From positions 14,696,001 to 14,760,000 of the forward strand of contig CM052832.1 in NCBI GenBank assembly GCA_028534125.1: a DNA stretch of 64,000 bases. Reading direction: 5' to 3'. Positions 54,311 through 64,000 of the stretch are shown here, piece by piece; positions within the stretch are counted from its first letter, which is position 1, and each line of letters opens with the position of its first letter. Below the pieces are notes generated by a model. The model had not been told where the DNA came from, ran no database searches, and saw nothing but the letters and a program-made list of their open reading frames with translations. Position numbers and translations under genes: made by a program. The DNA comes from Lama glama (Eukaryota).

Positions 54311-57190
54311 GGTCCAGCAGGACTATAGAAGTTAGTTAAGAGCAACAGGAAAACTGTTATAGAGGTAAGTGTAAAAAATGCTTTGATAGGGCTTTTTAAA
54401 AACTGTTCAGCACACTTATAACTGAATCAAGCTTTTAAGCACAGTTTTGGCACACTCAGAAGGCTGTGAACTGAGCCTGCCCCATGATTAGACATCATGC
54501 ATAAAAGTATGTTTATTTGCTTTTCTTTGGCTGGTTCTCATACATGTCCTCAGCCAAAACATCAAATACATCTTTGAAATTTTGAGGACTGTCACATGAA
54601 GGTAGTTTGAACACCAGTGTTCTAGCACCTGCAGAAGTTCCCATCATGCTGATATGGCCCTACTCTACCACCAGCAAGCCTCCTTGAACAGTCACCATCT
54701 ATTAAGGGATGAGCCCTGCTTTGAGTACTCCTGAGAGAAGAGCCCCCCTTACCCTGTACATTACTCCAGTACAAACTTCATTTCTAATTAATGAGAGGCT
54801 AATAGGCTTGATCAGGGCTTGGTCAATCTCTGGCCCTTACCAACCAAGCCAGCCCCATGAGCAGGGCCTCACCACACCATGTTTGCAGTACAGGATCATG
54901 ACAGAGCTTAGTACTAAACCCTGTATTCTTCTGTGTTTGCATTCAGTGTACATAAGTGACACAAAAGGAGCACTAGTCGGGTAAAGCACTGGCCAGGACT
55001 GGCCCAGGAAGTGAGCAGGAGGGCGGCCCTGGTGGTATTATCTGATGCTGCCATCAGTATACACCCGGAGAGCACGTTATTTCACAGCCATGCAGCAAAT
55101 GCTCCTGTCTTTTTATTAGCCTGAACCTTTTTATTTATTTAAATCAAATCACAAAGGCAAAATAAAGATAGGTTTGTGAAAGCTTTCATGTTGTGATGCT
55201 TTATCTAAACAACAGCTTTCATATAGAGTTACCCAAAAAGCCCTCCTCCTAAGACATCCTTATTTCATTAGGAATTTCGGCCTTCTTTCCCCCACCCCTC
55301 CCCAGGGAGGTTAAAGAGAGATGGCTCAGCAGTGCAGAGTATTTCACAGTTCATTCATTCATTTTACTGATATCTGAGTCTTAACTGTGTGCAAGGCACA
55401 AATAATTGGCAGAAACAGGTTTTACCATCGTATAAAGAGTAGCTTGCTTTTCTGATAGCACTGCCCCTACTGTTGAACATTGATGAGTAAACTTTTAAAA
55501 GTATTCTAGCTGAAACAGAACTAGTTTCCTGTTTTTCAGTACTCCCTTTTGGAAAAGTTATTTTGATTTCTGTATAATTTTAGGAAGAACTTTAAGGTGT
55601 TACAGGTGTCCACTCACATAAGATCAGTGATAACCAAATCACTGACTGGGAGTGACTCTGCTATTCCACAGGGGCAACTATAAACTATTTTTAAACAACA
55701 AATAGTTCTTATTTCTAGTTTTGCTTTGAGCATAGGACCACAAGTACTAGATCTCAAATTATCCTTTCAGGACATTGTGATGAATGAAACTGAGGTTGTC
55801 TTTTAAGTCTATATGTGTTCTCTTTAAAAAATATTTTTGGAAAATTAGCCAAATTATGGCTCACAGTAGTTATTCCATTGTGGAAGTGCAGTTCAGGACC
55901 TGCCCCAATTACTGTAATCATTCAGCTGGCTTGAGGCCAAGGGCTCTTTCCTAGACACCTACCCGCAGGGAGGCCCCTCTCTCTTAGTTGGTGAGTATGG
56001 AGCTTCTGTGCTTTAAGAGGGCTCACCTTTCCTGTAGCCAAGTAGAACTTAGGTCCCAGGGCTCGCAGCCGTTAACAGCTCTTCAGTGAAAAACTTAGGG
56101 AAGACTGAGGCAAACAGGCAATACCTGAACCCATGTGGACCTAAAGGCTGTCTCTCCTTTGCCAGGAATGCTTTCCTGTCCCCTAGCAGAGGCGGGACTA
56201 CTCCCAAGAAATGGAGCCTTTGAAAACCCATTTCTGTGCAAGTTGGGTGGGCCCTGGGGAACTGGTCTTTGGACCTGGAGTCAGATAGAGTTCTTTTCTG
56301 GGTTTGCATACCTTCTATTAGTATGGACAGATCTATCCTTGCTGCTAGTCCCTATATAGTGAGAGGTGATTCCTCATAAAAAGGAGGTTAGCCTGCTGCA
56401 TCAGCGTCACTGAGTTTTGTAATCATGTTTTCATGGCATCAGTTTTTGCTTGTCAGAGTTTAATTCAGGACTCTAGTACCATCTGATGCATTCATCCCTT
56501 GATCTGTTTTCCTTATTAGTAGTACAACTATTATAGGAGAGATGTCAGTGATGCCAGGTTAATTAAAATATTTGGCGTTTGCTTCCCTACTGGTAAAAGT
56601 TGAAGAGTTGCTAGGCACCAGAAGAGAGTGAACATTATCTGTATTGCCAAACCCTACTTTTAGGTTGGAGTTGGAGACATTAGCCACCAGAACCTGTTAC
56701 ACCGGGTCTTAGAACTCCAGTGGAACCTGAAATGTGGATGGGCATCTTGCTTCAAATGTACCTCCATCCCACTCTTAGGAAAGGCACTTCCTGCTTGGCC
56801 TTCTGCCATGGGACACCCTGGACAAGCTGTTCTTGGAGTCTCCACCAGGCTTTTCCTCTATAACTGATGTTGTGTTGCCTGTGTCCTAGATCTGCTTGTG
56901 ACACCTATAATCCTGCACATGGGAAGTCTCAGTGGTAAAGTAGTTTTGAAATACAATTGGCTCCCTCTCCCTTCCTTGAAGTGATGGTAGTTAATTTGGG
57001 GGGAAAGAAGATAGAGTTTGTTCCTTAAGCCAACTTTCTGTACCAATTAAACATAAACAGCTTCAGTAATGCCATTCTCTGGATGAAAGGGAATTAGGTA
57101 GCATTTTTCTTTCCAAAAGGCATAGAATCTCAGTCAGTAAATAGGGGACCAATGATAGCTCTTAATCTAAGCTAGCTAAATACCTTACTA

Positions 57191-57281
57191 GCGGGAGGTT
57201 ATAGCTCAGTGGTAGAGTGCATGCTTAGCATGCGCAAGATCCTGGGTTCAATCCCCGGGACATCCATTAAAGAAAAAAAAA
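57191..57281 (+). mobile_element. tRNA-Ala-derived SINE (vic-1-like)
   Basis: A box tagctcagtgg, cttagcat anticodon loop, B box ggttcaatccc, then ccattaaag plus A tail. Confidence 0.88.
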
Positions 57282-57949
57282 GGGGTTTCTTAAAACTAAA
57301 AAAAATACATACCATACCATGCCATACTGAGTGGTCTGAGGGCCAGGGCATTCATGTGGAAATCTGAAAATGCCCACGTCTGCTGTATTTTTCTGCCAAT
57401 GGCATAGGACCCATTTAGTTTATCTGTAAAATGGGCATGCACAACAGCTCCTTGGCAAAGTCATGAAGTCTGTTCTCCAAGCATTCCACACAAGTCACAA
57501 GGCAAGGGCTTGCTTTGTAAGAGCCAGTGTGAATATGTGGAGCTTTGGTCTGGAAAGCAGTTAAATTTAGAGTGAAGGAACGAATAGTTCACAGAAAACA
57601 AATGCTGTTTGTTCTTCGGGTTTTCTTTTCTCTGAGCATTTTTTCCTGCACAGAGACCTTTAAGCATTGTATTGGTTCTAAATCTTACAGGAATCACAGC
57701 CTTTATTGCCTTCCTTGAATTTTTCTGGATGAATGAATGTTGCTGGGAAGCACTGAGAGCAGCTTGTTACAAGCTGCTTTAATTTTTACCTCTGGGGTCT
57801 GTGACCCTCCAACCAGGCCCCCCAAATGGATTCTAAGAGTTTTTTGCTCCTCTAGCACTTGGTTGAATGGGTGGGTGCTATGACTACCAAGGTGGTTATA
57901 GCCTTAGCTTGCCTGCTGGAGACATGATTGACTCAGGGGCTGGCAGGCA

Positions 57950-58130
57950 TATGGCATTTTAATCACCCCTGCTCTGCTTACCAGCTCTGTGCCCTTGATC
58001 AGGTTACCTCACCTCTCAGAACTTGGAGATTGTACTTGTCTTAATTTATCTTCATGAAAATTAAAGAGAACATGTTAAAGTGCTATAGCAGCAAGCACAT
58101 GGCACATAGTTGATGCTCATCAATGTTGCC
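57950..58130 (+). mobile_element. MIR fragment
   Basis: ctctgcttaccagctctgtgcccttgatcaggttacctcacctctc...ggcacatagttgatgctcatcaatgtt. Confidence 0.65.
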
Positions 58131-59489
58131 CATCCCCCGAATTCACCTCTTCAGGGTTTTTGTGTTCAATAATTCCACCAAGCAGCTAGACATAACTTCT
58201 GGTCTTTTGAGGCTTTATATGGAGAGAGGGAAAAAAAGCAAAAGCAATTTCAGTGCTTTCCACTGAAAAAACTGGAAAGTTTGATCTCATGGTCCCTATT
58301 CTTGGCAGCTTTGACTTCTGGCATTATAAGCATGAACAGAGAACATTTTTTCTTATAATACTGTTTTTTTAGCCTCCTTGGCTAGGTACTTTGTGTCAAT
58401 GCCTAGAACCTTAAATCTGGAAAAATTTAAGGAACAACCTGAGATCCTGAGAGGAGGGGACCTTACCCAAGGTCACTTGGTGAGCTAGTACAGAGCTGGG
58501 AGCAGAACCCAGGTCTCTTTGTCTCAGTTCTGCATGAGCTGCATCCCACCGCAGTAGAAACCATGAGGTTGTGCATCTCTAGCAAGCACTTCCAGAGAGC
58601 CCAGCCTCTCCTGGGACCTGGGAGACGGTGACCAAATGGATGGCATGACTCAGACACTGTATCCCCAGACCTAAGCAGCTGTTTAAAAACTTGGGTTGGA
58701 AGGGCCAGTATTCTTTGACTTAAAGGGGTCTGACACTCCAGGTAGTAGTCTGAAAAATACCTGTCCTCTTTTAGTTATTAATTCAACAAATACTTATTGG
58801 GTATCTACTAAGGGACAGGTACCATGCTAGGTGCTAAGGAGATGACAACAAACAAAACAAAGTCATACTGATAAGGGATTTTAATCACTGGCAACCCTGC
58901 AACGAAGCACTTGTATTCCTTTTCAAAGAAATGTGTCATTCTTTTAAGAAAATCAAATTCTGACTGCCCACATCCCATCAAACTAATGGAAAATGTCATC
59001 TCAGTCATTCTTGTGCCTCCTCACCCCAATTGTGCCTAGATTCAGGATTCTTGACATAGTTGTCAAGCATCGGGAAACCCCTCTGGTCGATTGTCATGGT
59101 ATGGCTGTGGCACCTCCTCTCCATGCCCATTTGACCCCTTTGATCCAAAGGTCCTGCTGTATCTGGGGTGTATCTGTATCTGCCAGTTTGGGGTGTAGGA
59201 CCTTAGTGAGAGTGGTTACCAGTTAGCTTTGCTCTCCTGGGTCTTTTCAAGAAGCACTGTCCAAGGTGGAGTGGGTGAAGGTGGAGGGAGGCACAGGACA
59301 TCCTCTAGCAAGTTCATGAAGCTGCTTTTGGTGTGGGCACATCTTAGTGTCTCATTCTTAACAAAAGGGAAAAGTGAGACTATGAAGCCTTCTCCAGCAG
59401 CCAAGCAGCATAGAAAATGCCTTTGGGAATTTGGAATAAACCTTATCATCATATGGCAAGGGAGAAGCAATGTGGAGAGAACAAAGATC

Positions 59490-59690
59490 AGTCCTGAGTT
59501 TGAATCTTTGCCTTTTACTACCCATGTGACTTTGAACAAATCTCTTAATCTCTGCAGTCAGATGGGCATCAGCCAAATGGATGTAATAATACTCACTTGG
59601 CTTTGGGGATGAGGATTAAAGACAATGTACACAAAGCCCCTGCTATCCTGCCTGTAACTAGGTGGACAGTGGCTGCAGTGTTTTTGTTGT
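59490..59690 (+). mobile_element. MIR fragment
   Basis: cctgagtttgaatc...catgtgactttgaacaaatctcttaatctct...gatgaggattaaa. Confidence 0.65.
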
Positions 59691-60102
59691 TGAAGTAATT
59701 GTCATCAGCCAGCAGTAGCCTACACCTGAGGATAAAGTGTAGAAAGTGGTATCCAAGGATCTTTAGCAGAGAGGTTGAGATATTGTCAAAAAGGAAGGAA
59801 GGCTTTGTGACCTGGGTGGAGGAAGGTTGGCACCAGTTGATCTAGCATCTGAAAGACGAGAAGTCTGTCCCCTAGCCACCTCTCTCTTGGATGGTGTGAT
59901 TGAGTGAGAACACTTAGCAACTTGAAATGTGCTGATACTTGGCTTCTTGAGATTTTGCATGGCAAGAACAACCCGCAGGCCTTGTCTGTGCCCTTGGGCT
60001 TCCTTCTGGCTCACTGGGAATGACTAATTCTTTTACTTGGTTTGGTTGTCAAATTGTACCTGCCTGTGTCTACCATCACTGACTGTGTTCACTCTCTTCC
60101 AG

Positions 60103-60138
60103 GGGCTCCACGGGCCTTATCCCTTCGGCCAGTCTTAA
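60103..60138 (+). CDS. ILRUN: ILRUN terminal coding exon 5 (GLHGPYPFGQS*)
   Basis: ctctcttccag acceptor, then GGG CTC CAC GGG CCT TAT CCC TTC GGC CAG TCT TAA, matching the recalled ILRUN C-terminus; phase 0 fits exon 4. Confidence 0.95.
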   Translation, partial: GLHGPYPFGQS

Positions 60139-63100
60139 ACGGGTGTCAGCAAGAAGAAAAATTTACAAAAGACAGAAGGCTTGACTTTGGGGGGGAGGGC
60201 AAGGGGTTCCTCTGGATTGCAGACCACATCGCGTGGACCCCTGCCTCTGACCCCCCATCCTGGAAGAAGAGGAAGACACAGAACAGACTAGTTTTGAGTA
60301 AACTCAGTATGCATGTGTGAATGCTGATTCGCAGGAATGGTGTTGAGGCTACCAAGAAGAAATCCGTGCAGCCACTTTGGGTTTTGTTTATTAAGTGTCA
60401 GTCTAGCAAGTCATTAGGTCACTCGAGAAGGAAAAAAAAAGTTTAAAATGGGGGAAAAAAGCCATCTTTTTAAACAAAAATTATTTTGCCTACAGACAGG
60501 TTGTAGTTTTGAGCACATGTTAATTTTCTCCCCTCTTTCCCACTTTTATTTTTTTTAGATAAGGGATAACATACTCTTTATAGAATAGCTGCTTGCTCTG
60601 GAAGCGATTCAGGTTGGAAGCTGGCGTGGCATGTTTGGGGACTCTGCGGGTCAGTGCCACATGACTCCACAAGTCTCTGACCCCATTTGTTTTTCATGGC
60701 ATCAGCCAATGAGTTATCACCCTTTTCCTCTTCTTTTCTCGTTAATCTTCTGTTGATTTACACCTTTGACATTTGTATTCGTCAACCCTGTGGCTTGTTA
60801 CCATCAGAACCTCTCTGAAGACCAAACTTCCCTGTGTGGCCAGCGGAGGAAGCCTTGAGGACAGATCTCGGGTGACGTGGGAGTTTCTGAGGCTGAGAGG
60901 TGTCCTTCTGCACACACTTGTAACAATTCAAATTGCTTTCCTTCCATGTTTCTCTTGGCAGAGAGAAATGCCATCACGCTTACTGCTCTTCTTGATTCTT
61001 TGTACACAGTGGCCCCCATTCACTCTGGGAACAGTGCCTCTGTGCTGCATATGTGCGTGTGCCACGTGCACACACACACGGGTGTTGGTGCAGCTCACCA
61101 GCGATTGTGCAGCAGGCAAATGTGAAGGTTTCCCATGCTTCTCTGTTGTCACACAGCTCCTTTCCCTGTGTTCCCCTCCAGTTGTCCTTTGTGGTGGTTT
61201 CACAGCCTGTTAGTGGAAGCTGAGCTGTTAAGGTATGAAAATATAGCCCCAGATGGGGAATTTGCCATGGGGAAGGGCCATAGCTACCACATTTTGATGG
61301 AACTGAAAGGTCCCCAGCCCTGAGCAGGATGCTTGGTTATTGGGAGGTGGTGGGCAAAGGGCAGCCCTGCCAGAGCACAGGCTGATTAGCTGGCTGCTCA
61401 CTTGGACAGGTGGCCCCACTGGCATCCTGTGGATTCCAAGCAGTTTGAGATGTGGATATCTCCATGGAAAGTTTGAACCAGGCTAGAACAGCTGTCTGCC
61501 AAAGATACAAGAATATGCAAAGTCCCTCTTCTCTTCTTACCCCTCCTTCCCTCGAGTCTTGGTTGGTTGATAGCCAGGGATATGGGTCTAGGTGTGGGTG
61601 CAGAGTTGCCTGCCTGTTCCCACACCCCCACCCATCCTGGGGGTGTGAGACCAGCAGGGAGACCAGGTCGATGAGCGGCTGCAGTGGGTCATACAGCCTG
61701 GGTGTGGGTGAGGGTCTGCCTGCCTGTCTCTCTTTCTGGGTGTCTGAGAAAAAAATGTGTGTTGTTTGTTCCTCCTCATCCTCTTCTGAGACTGTTGTTT
61801 TTTTAAAGCTTGATTGTGAGAGAAAAGTTTGTATGAAATTCCCCCTTTGCCTTCCCACCTCCCAAAAAATTGAAAGGGGGAATAAACATTGGTCCACTGG
61901 AGAGGTCCTGAGGGAGGGTGGAGCCAGCCTGCTGAGAGAGCAGTGCAGCTGGGGCTGGACTCGGGCTCACAGCGGAGCACCTACTTTCTATGCACACAAA
62001 GAGTACCCCATTCCCAAGCAGAGCAGATGGGAGTCCCTGCCAGGTGCCCAGGCCACCCCAAGCCCAAGCAGGGGCTCACGATAGCTTTTTGTCTGGGGGC
62101 CCTGTTAGGCCCAGACTTCTGCTACTGTTGGTGCCAACCTCCTGGACACCACCACCCTGGAGCCTACACATGCCCAGCCGTTTTCCTCACTAGATAGCCT
62201 CAGAGCGTCACATCTTCAGCTGCCCTGGTGGGATCGTGGGAAGCTTTCCATCCCCTGGTTTCCTGGTTTCCTGGCTTCCTCATCTGCCCCACACTAGGCG
62301 CCCCTTCCCCTTCCCAGGAGGGGCTGCCTGCCATGATTCAGCAGTGACTTCATAGGTCACCATCAGTGGGTCTGGCCCTGCCAGGGGAATCCTCTTCTCC
62401 TCTTGCTTGTAGGCAGCTTCACCCAGCAAGGTAATTGGCCCAAGCACGTTAGCTTCCCTCCCAAAGACAAACCATTTCTGTACACGTCTTTGGAGAGGTG
62501 AGCTCCTTGCTGAGGCCAGAGCAAGCGCAAGCCATGGAGTAGGAGCGGAAGGAGTCTGTGGTTCCCCCAGGACCTGGAGGCTGTCAGTACCCTTGATCCT
62601 GCCTCCTCCCATTGGTTTAGGTTCTGAGCAACTCCTCGAGCCCCTCCTCTCCCCTGCTGAGTTGGGCAGCATAGGCTACCCTCTCAGCCTCAGTGGTCTC
62701 AGTTCCTCTTAGGCTCCTCATCAAATGGCAGGCTGCCCCTGGGCAGGACTTCCAGTGTCTGGTACCCATGAGGTGACACAAGCAGCATCCTTAAGGACCT
62801 GAGCCCAGTGGGGGAGGTAGAGGGGCTCAGGCCCGTGTGCATGGAGTGAGGTATGTGTGGATCTGTGTGCACGCGTGCATGCCTTTATTTCTTTTTGCCT
62901 TGGGGGCAGTTGAATTCGGGGCATTTTTCTACAAGAAACAGCCTTCTCTTCCCCCAACAAGGACTGGCTGTAACCTTAAGTCCGTCGAAGGCACTTCCAG
63001 CCTGGAGAGAACCTCACCAAGACAGCTGTGGCCAAGGTGGGAAGTGGGTATGAGAATAAACACCTCCCCAAATTCAACCTGAGCCCTAGCAGGAGAGGAT

Positions 63101-63352
63101 GGTGGGGTTGCCAGGGCTCAGAAATGGAAGCTGATTCCCCACCCCACCCTGCCTTGTCTTTTTTTTTTTATCCTTGGGTGAATGCTGGAGCAGCAATTGC
63201 TGCTTCCTCCACCTGGACAGTGGTGTGTAGCAAGCAAGCTGGGTGGTTGTTTGTGGTGGGGCCTCGTGGTGCCTGGGAGGAGATGAAGATGAGGAGGTTT
63301 TTCCTTACTGTATAAATGAATATTTGTATGATTAAATTAACACACACCAAAA
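60139..63352 (+). other. ILRUN: ILRUN 3' UTR (~3.2 kb)
   Basis: Stretch after the stop codon with no recognisable interspersed repeats and U-rich blocks, ending at a poly(A) signal. The end coordinate is approximate. Confidence 0.75.
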
Positions 63353-63410
63353 AACAAACAAAAAAAAAACCAACCCTATTTTCTTGTGTGTCAGTGAGTT
63401 TTATTGTGTC
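63309..63410 (+). terminator. Distal polyadenylation site of ILRUN
   Basis: ATTAAA at 63331-63336, two upstream TGTA (CFIm-type) motifs at 63309 and 63325, and downstream GT/T-rich sequence (ttcttgtgtgtcagtgagttttattgtgtc). Confidence 0.7.
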
Positions 63411-64000
63411 CTGAAGCCCCTGTATGTCTGCTTGGTCCCAGGGTGGCTCTGATAATGCGATTTTTGGTTTCTCAGTCTCCTTTTGCAGAAGGGAAAACTG
63501 AGACCCTGACGTTCATTTTATGTTTGGGAAATCAGTCCTAGGGTTATAATTGGATCTGCTGCTCTTCCTGGCTTCCAGTGGCCAGAAAAGTGAAACTGCC
63601 TTCAATGGTCTTTAGGTCCCCAGGGTACCATGTGTCTAAGGAGCATTACTCTGTCCCCAGCACATAGGATGTACTGGTCAAGTTAATGTTGATCAGCCAG
63701 CAGGCATCACTTGGGCATTTACTGTTTGTCAGGCACATTGTGCAGGTACAGGAATAGCACAAGAAGAATGCAAAGCACTGTGGGCATCTTTCCTACTGGG
63801 AAAGCAGACAAAGCCAAGTTGGACAGTCCTTCAAAGTCCCAGCTGGGCCCCTGGCATCCTAGATTTAGAAGAGGGAATGCATCTTCCCTTGTGTGTTTCC
63901 CTTAGTGGTTCTGGTAGATTATGAACTACATAAGTTTTTGCGGACTAGCCTGGGAACCTGAGAGCCAGGTAGGGATCACACTCCAGGCAGTTGGCAAGCA

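Noticed and set aside
57191..57266. tRNA-Ala(AGC) genes here and at 2649 and 14185
   Set aside because: A-rich tails, flanking TSDs on two copies and mismatched stems indicate SINEs, not functional tRNAs.
60136..60144. Stop-codon readthrough of ILRUN
   Set aside because: TAA ACG is not a known leaky context such as TGA CTAG.
61337..62197. Overlapping 100-210 aa ORFs on both strands
   Set aside because: Located in the GC-richer 3' UTR, the longest starts at GTG, and none has a recognisable domain; consistent with chance.

Overview
Mammalian (most likely camelid, from tRNA-Ala-derived vic-1-like SINEs and absence of Alu/BovB) genomic window lying almost entirely inside the + strand gene ILRUN (C6orf106). 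Coding exons 2-5 are present (9456-9610, 15314-15511, 44527-44855, 60103-60138), followed by a ~3.2 kb 3' UTR ending near ATTAAA at 63331. Exon 1 lies upstream of the window. The introns hold a full-length disabled RPS6 retrocopy with TSDs, a near full-length old sense L1, many L1/L2/MIR fragments, Tigger and hAT MITEs, an MLT1A solo LTR, three SINEs and a 500-N gap. I do not see convincing evidence of a new biological system. The most interesting unexplained signals are: (1) a tandem donor at exon 4 that would join an open alternative 72-aa C-terminus in the last exon; (2) a competing poison acceptor 52 nt before exon 2; (3) an unidentified 457 bp TSD-flanked retro-insertion; (4) several informative retrotransposition scars. 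Repeat family names and human protein comparisons are from memory, not from searches.
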